Shown here in pieces: positions 50,193-58,341 of a stretch of DNA of 64,000 nucleotides. The notes beneath the pieces were generated by a model that had not been told where the DNA came from, did no database searches, and saw only the letters and a list, made by a program, of their open reading frames with translations. The stretch is taken from assembly GCA_030698625.1 (NCBI GenBank), contig JAUYMS010000030.1:148016-212015 (forward strand), read 5' to 3'. A program made the position numbers and the translations under genes. Every line of letters starts with the position of its first letter. Position 1 is the stretch's first letter. Origin of the DNA: Candidatus Omnitrophota bacterium. Lineage in GTDB: Bacteria; Omnitrophota; Omnitrophia; Omnitrophales; Aquincolibacteriaceae.

Positions 50193-51014
50193 ATGAGTCT
50201 TAAACAAATTCCGCCCATCATTTACGGAACGGCATGGAAACAGGAGGCGACCGCCGGGCTTGTCAAACGGGCCGTGGCCGCGGGGTATCGCGCTATCGAT
50301 ACCGCGAATCAGAAAAGACATTACCGCGAAGATTATGTCGGTGATGCGCTGCTCGAACTGAAAGAACAGGGGATTCGCCGCGAAGACCTGTTTTTGCAGA
50401 GCAAGTACACTTATGTGGAGGGGCAGGATCACCGCCTGCCTTACGACCCGGAGGCCGATTTCACCACCCAGGTGCGGTCCTCCTTCGCAAGTTCGCTCGA
50501 GAATCTCCATACGGATTATATCGACTCTTACTTACTTCATGGGCCGAGATCCTCGGCCGGCATGACGGAGGCAGACTGGGAGGTGTGGGCCGCGATGGAG
50601 AATTTGCACCGGTCAGGTCAGGCGCGAATGATCGGTGTGAGTAACGTGGGCCTCCGTCATTTGACGGCGCTTTGCGCCAGGGCCAAGGTCAAACCGGCCA
50701 TTGTGCAGAATCGCTGCTATGCCGAGCGCGGCTGGGATCAGGACGTACGCGAGTACTGTTTAGCGAACCAAATCATCTACGAGGGTTTCTCGTTATTGAC
50801 GGCGAACCCGTACGTTTGGAATGACCCGCGGGTCGCGGTCATTGCCCGCCGCTTAGAAGTCACGCCCGAGCAGGTGTTATTCCGCTTTGCCGTGCAGATT
50901 GGGATCCTTCCACTGACGGGTACCTCGGACCCCGAGCATATGAAAGAAGATCTTGAGGTCGCGAACCTGGAGTTACCCGCCGCTGATCTTGACGTCATCT
51001 ACGCCGTCACATAA
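50193..51014 (+). CDS. Aldo/keto reductase
   Basis: YGTAWK, GYRAIDTA, DSYLLHGP, IGVSN. Confidence 0.92.
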   Translation: MSLKQIPPIIYGTAWKQEATAGLVKRAVAAGYRAIDTANQKRHYREDYVGDALLELKEQGIRREDLFLQSKYTYVEGQDHRLPYDPEADFTTQVRSSFASSLENLHTDYIDSYLLHGPRSSAGMTEADWEVWAAMENLHRSGQARMIGVSNVGLRHLTALCARAKVKPAIVQNRCYAERGWDQDVREYCLANQIIYEGFSLLTANPYVWNDPRVAVIARRLEVTPEQVLFRFAVQIGILPLTGTSDPEHMKEDLEVANLELPAADLDVIYAVT

Positions 51015-51102
51015 CATAGGCGTTTCGCACCCTTAAAATCGGCGCTGTATTTTTTGTTTTTAAAAAGTGGTAACTTAACCAAATAAAGTTGAGCCTAGTG
51101 CG

Positions 51103-51910
51103 ATGTTTAAACCAAAGTTATTAACTTGCCTTAAGGATTATTCCTTCCCGCAATTTCGGTCGGATGTCATCGCGGGTGTTATCGTCGGAGTTGTGGCGTT
51201 ACCGCTTGCGATTGCCCGAACGGCTACCAATGTTCATAACGGGGGCCGCACGCCCGTTGCGGGAATGGTTCATGCGCTAACACTTGCGCTCATAATGTAT
51301 TTATTTTTCAAATGGGCTGTTTATATCCCGATGGCGTTCATTCCTAATGGTTCTGAAAGCGCCGCGTAGTGACGTGGCCGTGCTTCTTGCGACGTTTTCG
51401 CTGACGGTCCTCTTTGACTTAACGATTGCGATCGAAGCGGGTGTCGTGCTTTCGGCGTTTCTGCTGATCCACCGCCTGTCATTAACGCCGAACATCGGGG
51501 TCATTTCGAAGCAATTTAACGATAATGAAGAAAACGGGGATGCCCTGGAATTAGACAAGGAGTCCATTCCGAAACACGTCGAGGTGTTTGAGATTGTGGG
51601 GGCCTTCTTTTTTGGGGTAACAGCCACATTTGTAGAGATCATGACCAGGATTGAGAAGGACGTTACGGTTCGAATCCTTCGAATGCGAAATGTGCTTAGT
51701 ATCGACGCAACGGCTTTAAACGCACTTCGGCATGTCATAAAATATTCAAGGAAAAATGGCGTGGAAATATTAATTTCAGGCGTTCATGCGCAACCCATGA
51801 TGGCTTTGCAGCAATCCGGGCTCTATGACGAAATTGGTGAAGAGAATATCCTGCCGAACATTGACGCGGCGCTGGCGAGAGCCAAGGAATTGAGGGCCGC
51901 GGACGGATGA
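51103..51910 (+). pseudogene. SulP-family anion transporter with internal deletions; STAS domain retained
   Basis: [18 protein letters not shown] fused directly to [16 protein letters not shown]; second break near 51335; C-terminal FFG...ILRMRNV..IDATA. Confidence 0.88.
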
Positions 51911-51959
51911 TTATAGAAGAGCGGTTCTTCGCGGCTCCATTCCAGAATATCGGCTGGTT

Positions 51960-52406
51960 ATGACCATGATCTATGTTGACGCCGATGCCTGTCCGGTAAA
52001 GCCTGAAGTGATTCGTGTTGCCAAACGGCACGGCCTTGAGGTGACATTTGTGGCCAACTCGCGGATGCGGCTTCCTGAGGAATGGGAGGCGAAGCTGGTT
52101 ATCGTTGACGATCAATTGGATGCGGCTGACGACTGGATCGTCGAGCACGTCGCACAGGGTGATATTGTCGTAACGGGGGACATCCCTCTGGCGGACCGCG
52201 CCATTAAGGCGGGGGTAGCGGTCATTGAGCCGAACGGGCGCATTTTCACAGCCGAAAATATCGGAAATATTCTGGCGCTGCGCGACCTTCTGCATGACCG
52301 CCGCGGCGCGGGAGAGAACATGGGCGGCCCCGCGCCGTTTCGCAAGGAAGACCGCTCGTGCTTTCTTCAAGGCCTGGAACAGATGATACAAAAATTAAAG
52401 CAGTAA
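51960..52406 (+). CDS. YaiI/YqxD (DUF188) family protein
   Basis: IYVDADACPVK, DAADDWI, DIVVTGDIPLA. Confidence 0.93.
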   Translation: MTMIYVDADACPVKPEVIRVAKRHGLEVTFVANSRMRLPEEWEAKLVIVDDQLDAADDWIVEHVAQGDIVVTGDIPLADRAIKAGVAVIEPNGRIFTAENIGNILALRDLLHDRRGAGENMGGPAPFRKEDRSCFLQGLEQMIQKLKQ

Positions 52407-52452
52407 CCGCAGAAATGGTAGAATGCCCGGCACATCTACGGAGGCGCACTTT

Positions 52453-54144
52453 ATGAGACATGTTACCTTTCTCTTTCTCGCGCTGTGCTTTGCCTTTTCG
52501 GCGAGCGCGGAGGCCGCAACCGCGACGATCACCAATAATGGAAATATCAGGGTTCGGGTTCAGTACAAGACTGCGGATGCCGAGTACCGGAATATTTATC
52601 TAAATCCCGGCGAGTCGGCGCCTGTCCCTGCGGGTTCGGAAAAGGTGAAGGTCGTGCGGGAGGTGGGGGAATGGGCCCAGCCGCCGGTGCCCGGTGCAGT
52701 CATCGACGTGGAAGTTAAAGAGGGCGACCAAGTTGTCAGCTCGCTCACCTGGTACGGGGAAAAGGCTTTCTTTAGTGCGCCGGTTGAAGGGCCTCCGCCG
52801 CCGGGGGAGACAGTCGCAGCACCGGCCGCAGCGCCTGCGGCAGCCGAGCCGCAAGTTAAACCCGAAACGAAGAACTATGAGCGGTTTGCCAATCCGCCCT
52901 CACCTTTCTGGCCGTGGTTCGGCGGCTTATCCGGTTCCGGCGTGACGGCCTTCTTTATCCTTATGATGCTTCCTTTTGTGCTTTCATTAGGCCGGGTTAT
53001 TATTCGTCCCCGGAGTTTTCAACTGCAGCCGGGGTTTGGCGCTCGCGGTTGTCTTCCCGTATATTTGCTCGCAGGTATTTTTTTCGGTCTTTTTCTAGCG
53101 ACTTGGGGAACCTGGGGTTATGCAAATTATGGGGAAGGGGAAGGTTTCCTTAGCCTGTTTGCGGCCGATCTTTACTTGTTCCCAATTTTTCTTGTGAGTG
53201 CGGCGGTTCGTGTCATTGGATACTCGCCGGAGTCTGTTTCGGCGATACCTCATGCGCTGCTCATTTATCCTTTTTGGATTCTGCTCATGGCGTTGCTTAC
53301 ACTGCCGATCGGCCGCTGGCGCGCGCAAACTTTGTACGGTTCGGCGTTTCTCGTGGCTTTATTGCCCATGCTGCTTATGGGCCGCGGCTGTGCGGGGCCT
53401 TACGCTTATGCGGAGGTTAATGCTTATCAAACGGCCCCGCTGCTCGCGGGTGCTTTCTCCTCTCTCTTTGTACTGCCGCTCATCTACATTGCGCTTCTTA
53501 ATTTTGCCAGGCCTTATGACGCAGTACGGTACGGTTTTGAGGGAGGGCGGTCTTTTGTAAGCGGTTGTCTCCCGCTCGTCTTTAGCGGAGGACTCGGGCT
53601 TTTGATTGCCGTCTTCCTGCTTGCGGGTCTGCCTCTTTTGGGTAGCGAGTTTGGCGCCCTGCCGTTCTTTCATTTTTTGAGGAGAGTGCCGTTGATGGCA
53701 GGGCTCGATTTCCTGCCCTTTAGTTTGGCAGTTATTCTGTTTTGGACGGTCGCCGTCGGCGGGTTGGGGTTCAGTTTTAGAAGGCCTGTGTGGGGTCCGG
53801 CATTTTATTCGACGTTTTTGGTTTCGACTTTGGCGCTATTTTTTCTCGCGGGCAGTTTTTATCCGGGCCGCGCCCTTCTGAGGCAATTGGATGACGAAAT
53901 TTATGATTTGCAGGACGCCTCGTGGTACGGCGAAACCACGGTCGAGGAGGACAATCTCCTCGATTTCCTGGAAGACTCAGGCCTTGTCCCCACTTTAGAA
54001 GAAAGAGAAGGTGCCTCGCTCGGCGGCTTTGGGGATCAGGTCGGGTTTCAATCGGGTGCCCGAAGACGTGTTTTTGTCAGGGATGCGGTCATAGGCCTTC
54101 TCAATCCCACAGAAACCAACGACCGTCAGAATCAGCAGAATTAA
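52453..54144 (+). CDS. Hypothetical membrane protein with N-terminal exported domain and repeated TM units
   Basis: ggag SD; signal peptide; two similar TM blocks (GCLP...YGSAFLVALL / GCLP...YSTFLVSTL). Confidence 0.75.
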   Translation: MRHVTFLFLALCFAFSASAEAATATITNNGNIRVRVQYKTADAEYRNIYLNPGESAPVPAGSEKVKVVREVGEWAQPPVPGAVIDVEVKEGDQVVSSLTWYGEKAFFSAPVEGPPPPGETVAAPAAAPAAAEPQVKPETKNYERFANPPSPFWPWFGGLSGSGVTAFFILMMLPFVLSLGRVIIRPRSFQLQPGFGARGCLPVYLLAGIFFGLFLATWGTWGYANYGEGEGFLSLFAADLYLFPIFLVSAAVRVIGYSPESVSAIPHALLIYPFWILLMALLTLPIGRWRAQTLYGSAFLVALLPMLLMGRGCAGPYAYAEVNAYQTAPLLAGAFSSLFVLPLIYIALLNFARPYDAVRYGFEGGRSFVSGCLPLVFSGGLGLLIAVFLLAGLPLLGSEFGALPFFHFLRRVPLMAGLDFLPFSLAVILFWTVAVGGLGFSFRRPVWGPAFYSTFLVSTLALFFLAGSFYPGRALLRQLDDEIYDLQDASWYGETTVEEDNLLDFLEDSGLVPTLEEREGASLGGFGDQVGFQSGARRRVFVRDAVIGLLNPTETNDRQNQQN

Positions 54145-54163
54145 AAAAGCACCTTCGATTTAC

Positions 54164-54240
54164 GCGCCCGTAGCTCAATTGGATAGAGCATCTGCCTTCG
54201 GAGCAGAGGGTTACAGGTTCAAGTCCTGTCGGGCGCACCA
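54164..54240 (+). tRNA. tRNA-Arg(TCG)
   Basis: GCGCCCG/CGGGCGC acceptor stem, TCTGC-CTTCGGA-GCAGA anticodon arm, ACAGG-TTCAAGT-CCTGT T-arm, CCA. Confidence 0.97.
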
Positions 54241-54483
54241 TTTTTACAATTAGAAGGGATATCCATTCACCCATTCATTCTGTTTAGGATTGTCCGAGTG
54301 AGTCCTGCCATGTCCCAGTCAGCCGACGTTCAGGCGCCGGTTTTTTGTTTAAAAAGAGGGACAGAACTATTTTGCTTCAACAGCCCACAAAAACGCGAGT
54401 TAGGGAAAATTTGGAATTTTTTTTTAACATGTCCTAATTTTTAAACATGATTCTTTGATGAGAAATTCAGTTTTGAAAAAGAC

Positions 54484-54544
54484 CTGTAAGGGTTTACAGA
54501 AAAACGGTAATGAGTCATCGTTTTGAGTTGGCACGCATCCTGCT
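54484..54544 (+). promoter_or_regulatory. Sigma54 promoter with upstream TGTAA-N-TTTACA enhancer-like dyad (PEP-CTERM/PrsR type)
   Basis: ctgtaagggtttacag at 54484-54499; TTGGCACG-catc-CTGCT at 54528-54544. Confidence 0.7.
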
Positions 54545-54554
54545 TTATATAAGC

Positions 54555-55397
54555 ATGTTCAAAATTCATCAAAATAGTTTTCTCTCCCGTGTTCCGGCTA
54601 TCATTCGCAGCTCCATTTTTCTCGTATCACTTCCCATCATCCTTTTTTGCGATACCGCCTGGGCGGTAGACCTGGGAACCGCATTAGACTATGCGGTCCT
54701 TGCCAGCTCAGCAGTCACCAATACGGGCCCGACAACGATCAATGGAGATCTGGGTGTCTGGCCCGGCACTTCGTTCACCGGATCTGAGAGCATGACGATC
54801 AACGGAACAGTTCACCTCACGGATGCCGACGCGCAGCAGGCCCAAAGCGATCTCACGGCGGCGTACAACACGATAGTAGGTCTGTCGTTTGATTTCGACT
54901 TGAGCGGGCAGGACCTGGGTACTGTGGGAACGCTTTTTCCGGGTGTCTATCGCTTTTCGTCATCGGCTCAGTTAACGGGGGCACTTACGCTCGACGCCCA
55001 AGGTAATGACGACGCGCAATTTTTTTTCCAGGTTGGGAGCGCTCTCACGACGGCAAGCGGTTCGTCGGTCCTACTGCTCAATGGCAGTGAGGGGGATGAT
55101 GTATTTTGGCAAGTCGGCAACTCCGCCACTCTTGGCGCAACCACTCTATTTCAAGGAAATATTCTCGCACTCACGAGTATTACGCTGAATACCGGCGCTC
55201 AAATTGGATGCGGCCGTGCCTTGGCGAGAAATGGCGCCGTGACCTTGGATAGCAATACCATCTCCAGTGTTTGCGATGATGACGACGGCGGCAACGGTGG
55301 TGGTGGAAGCGCGGTCCCGGAACCCAATTCATTGCTGCTGGTTGGTTTTGGCATGTCGATGCTCGCAGCATTTAAAACGCGTTTCGTTAAAAAGTAA
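54555..55397 (+). CDS. DUF3494 ice-binding-like protein with PEP-CTERM sorting signal
   Basis: AVLASSAVTNTGPTTINGDLG, PGVY, FFFQVGSALTT, VFWQVG, GRALARNGAVTLD; VPEP plus TM segment plus basic tail. Confidence 0.92.
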   Translation: MFKIHQNSFLSRVPAIIRSSIFLVSLPIILFCDTAWAVDLGTALDYAVLASSAVTNTGPTTINGDLGVWPGTSFTGSESMTINGTVHLTDADAQQAQSDLTAAYNTIVGLSFDFDLSGQDLGTVGTLFPGVYRFSSSAQLTGALTLDAQGNDDAQFFFQVGSALTTASGSSVLLLNGSEGDDVFWQVGNSATLGATTLFQGNILALTSITLNTGAQIGCGRALARNGAVTLDSNTISSVCDDDDGGNGGGGSAVPEPNSLLLVGFGMSMLAAFKTRFVKK

Positions 55398-55598
55398 TCT
55401 CTAGAAGCACTTTCCTTCGTTTGCTTTTCGGCGGCGGGAGCGAGACGAGCGCGGTCCCGAAACCGGATTCCTTTCCCCGAAAGTTAAATCCTTCTCGTCC
55501 TTGAAATAGTAACCTCATAATCATTCTTCCTCTGGTAGAACCTAGTATAGCCGACAAGTAAAAATGTTAATTCCCGGCATCTGGTAAAAACAAAAGTT

Positions 55599-55798
55599 TG
55601 ACCGAGGGCTTTTTCGAGGGCTTAATATCGGCCTATATCGAATAATCCCGGTACATTTCGGTCTACTCACTTTTCGATGAAAGCCGCTTTTACCCATCTA
55701 GATTTGCTATAATTCGGTCATAATGGACTATATCGGTTTACCTGCGTACGCGGACTTCGGAGCAAAGGGTTGCGTGTTCAAGTCACGCCGGGCGCAGA
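55599..55798 (+). repeat. 200-bp att-arm plus tRNA 3'-half direct repeat, copy 1
   Basis: Colinear with 63259-63458 (offset 7660); the first 68 bp are identical. Confidence 0.95.
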
Positions 55799-55843
55799 TT
55801 TCTTTTTGACATTGGGGACTTTAGCGGTTACTATTTCTTAAGT

Positions 55844-56134
55844 ATGAAAAAAGGTATCCTTGTTTTATTTTCATTGGTTGCGCTTTTAGGCATTTTGAAT
55901 TGTGTTTTGATTGAGCCCGCTTTTGCTTGCAAAGATGAAGCCCCACATTCAGAGCAAAGCGGTGATTCCGATTGTTGTTTTATTCACTGCTCAATGCATC
56001 ATCAATGGGTCACTGCAGGCGCTACAGCCCTAACCTTTAATAGTGCTTCTGCCGGTGATTACGTTCTAAATAGCAACACCTTTCAGCCAGACTCTCCCGT
56101 AGCTTCGATTTTCCATCCACCTCTCGCCATTTAA
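55844..56134 (+). CDS. Small exported His/Cys-rich protein (CzcI/DUF2946-like)
   Basis: Signal peptide; DCCFIHC..HH; C-terminal IFHPP; lies upstream of an RND operon. Confidence 0.75.
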   Translation: MKKGILVLFSLVALLGILNCVLIEPAFACKDEAPHSEQSGDSDCCFIHCSMHHQWVTAGATALTFNSASAGDYVLNSNTFQPDSPVASIFHPPLAI

Positions 56135-56215
56135 GACTAGACGCCACGCGTCTGTCTTTTCGTAATTTCAAAACCATCCGTCTATTTAAACATTTTTTAA
56201 ATAAAAAGAGTCTCT

Positions 56216-57571
56216 ATGAAAAACCGTTTCGGAGCAAGTTTGTTGATGACTATTGCTGTTGTCTTATTCCTCCTGGTCACTCAGGTGGGAGAGTCTCTCT
56301 CTGTGGAAGTAGCTAATTCTGCGGATGGAAAAAAATCAGTGCCGGATACTGGAATTTCGTTTGAGACTTTGCTGGAAGAGGTTCTCGAGAATAATCCGGA
56401 ACTCAGATTCTATGAAGCAGAAGTCTTGGCGGCAAAAGGATTACGCAAAACGGCTGGCCTCTGGAACAATCCTGAGGTTAGCGGGTCTATTGGCCGCAAG
56501 AGAGTCATTAGCAGTTCTGATGATGGTGAAACTTCAACCGCCAAAGGTACGGCGAGTGAGATTGTGGTCACGCAGTCTCTTCCGTGGCCGGGACGAATCC
56601 GTTTACGCAAAGCAATCGCGGATCAGGATATTGAACTTGCGGAACTCGGCTTGGAACAGTTTCGAGGCTTGCTTAAAGCTCGTGCAAAAATAGCCGCTTA
56701 TGTGCTTAGCGCCGCACAGGAAAGAGCGGAAGCAACGCGGGAAGTATCGGAGCATTTTCACGCTTTGCGCGAAGTCCTAACACAGCGGGATCAGGCAGGA
56801 CTGACGCCTTTACTTGAAACGCGTGTGATTGAAGCCATAGAACTTAATATGCAACGAAAAGCCAGTCAGGCTTCACTCGAAGCGCAAGCGGCTTTATTCG
56901 ACTTAAACCAACTTCGTGGAGCAGAGCCTAGTAGCTCATTTACCCTCAATCAAATGAACCTCTCATTTCTCCCGATTCAAATAGATAAAAATGAGCTCAT
57001 AAAACTTGCAGCTTCTAACGATTATCAGGTCCGGCTACGTGCGATTGAGTTAGAACGGCAGGGATATACGGTAAGACTTGCGAAAAATGAAAGATTTCCT
57101 GACATCACGGCGGGACCAGCCATTGAAATGGAACGTGCCGGTGAGCGCGAACGCATTATCGGTGCGGCAATTTCCTTACCTCTACCGTTGTGGGATCGAA
57201 ATCAGGGAAATATTGCGACTGAAAAAGCACACCAAATCCAAGCGGAAACTTCGTTCGATATGGCGCAACGAGATGCGGAGCGAAGGGTAATCGAAGCCAT
57301 TGCTACTTATGAAACAAAGTTGAAGGAAATGGCGAATTGGAGGCCGGATTCTATCCAGCATTTTAAAGAAGCGGCTGAGTTGGCTGACCGTCATTACCGG
57401 CTAGGGGCAGTGCCTGTTTCCACTTATATCGAACTTCAATCCCAATACCTGGACACGATTGAAGGATTGCAAGATACAAAAAAGGAAGCGCTTGAAACGG
57501 CGGCCCAACTCGAATTGATGACCGGCGCTGATTTGTCACTTATTAAAACAAGTTTAGGCGAGCCGGAATGA
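56216..57571 (+). CDS. czcC: TolC-family outer membrane efflux protein (CzcC-like)
   Basis: ENNPEL, NPEV, SLPLPLWDRNQGNI; operon context. Confidence 0.85.
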   Translation: MKNRFGASLLMTIAVVLFLLVTQVGESLSVEVANSADGKKSVPDTGISFETLLEEVLENNPELRFYEAEVLAAKGLRKTAGLWNNPEVSGSIGRKRVISSSDDGETSTAKGTASEIVVTQSLPWPGRIRLRKAIADQDIELAELGLEQFRGLLKARAKIAAYVLSAAQERAEATREVSEHFHALREVLTQRDQAGLTPLLETRVIEAIELNMQRKASQASLEAQAALFDLNQLRGAEPSSSFTLNQMNLSFLPIQIDKNELIKLAASNDYQVRLRAIELERQGYTVRLAKNERFPDITAGPAIEMERAGERERIIGAAISLPLPLWDRNQGNIATEKAHQIQAETSFDMAQRDAERRVIEAIATYETKLKEMANWRPDSIQHFKEAAELADRHYRLGAVPVSTYIELQSQYLDTIEGLQDTKKEALETAAQLELMTGADLSLIKTSLGEPE

Positions 57572-58338
57572 AGCTAATACTTTGGATTTCGATCATTATT
57601 GGTGTCGCCATGCTTCCGTTGGGTTGCGGACGTAAAGAAGATAATCACGGTAAGGAAAAAGTCGAAAGCGGACATAGTGATGAAGAATCACCTTCAGGAG
57701 CAACATTTAAGGCAGGCAAAGGAATTACTTTAAGCGAGGAGACAAGTAAAATTCTGGGGCTTGAGATCGTGGATGTGACTGAGGAATTGTTACCTGAGGT
57801 CGTTCAATTGAATATTCAAATTTTTACCGAAACCCATCGTTTTGCAGATTTCGATATAGATCACACTGGTTGTCAGTTTCATGGCTCTGGTTTTTTACCT
57901 TCGGATAAAGTGGCTTTAGTAAAGCCTAAGCAACCGGTCAAATTTAAAACCTCTCGCGGTGAAATGCGCGATGGTTTTGTTGTGGCAGTTCAGAAACCGC
58001 TTACACATGGAGAAATCGAAATTATAGTTGGAGTGACAACTGTGGACAGCAATCTCAAAGACGGTGAATTTGTAAGTGCGACGATCTCCGTGCCGCGCAA
58101 TAAGCCGGTAACAGTCATTCCAAGTTCCGCACTTTTACGTACCGCAGAAGGGACATATGTATACGCAGTCAATGGAGACGCTTACTATCGAACGGCAGTG
58201 ACCGCAGGCGGCAGTGCGGATGAGAAAATTGAAATTACTGACGGATTATACGCGGGGGATCAGGTTGTAGTAAAACCCGTAGAAACTCTCTGGATTATTG
58301 AACTTCGCGCGACAAAAGGAGGAGGACATTCCCACTAA
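57568..58338 (+). CDS. czcB: RND periplasmic adaptor (CzcB-like, short)
   Basis: Lipobox LGC; VIPSSALL...VYAV...IEITDGLYAGDQVV. Confidence 0.8.
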   Translation: MKLILWISIIIGVAMLPLGCGRKEDNHGKEKVESGHSDEESPSGATFKAGKGITLSEETSKILGLEIVDVTEELLPEVVQLNIQIFTETHRFADFDIDHTGCQFHGSGFLPSDKVALVKPKQPVKFKTSRGEMRDGFVVAVQKPLTHGEIEIIVGVTTVDSNLKDGEFVSATISVPRNKPVTVIPSSALLRTAEGTYVYAVNGDAYYRTAVTAGGSADEKIEITDGLYAGDQVVVKPVETLWIIELRATKGGGHSH

Positions 58339-58341
58339 TTT

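Noticed and set aside
55755-55796. Additional functional tRNA genes at 55755 and 63415
   Set aside because: Only the 3' half from the anticodon loop is present; the acceptor 5' strand and D-arm are missing.
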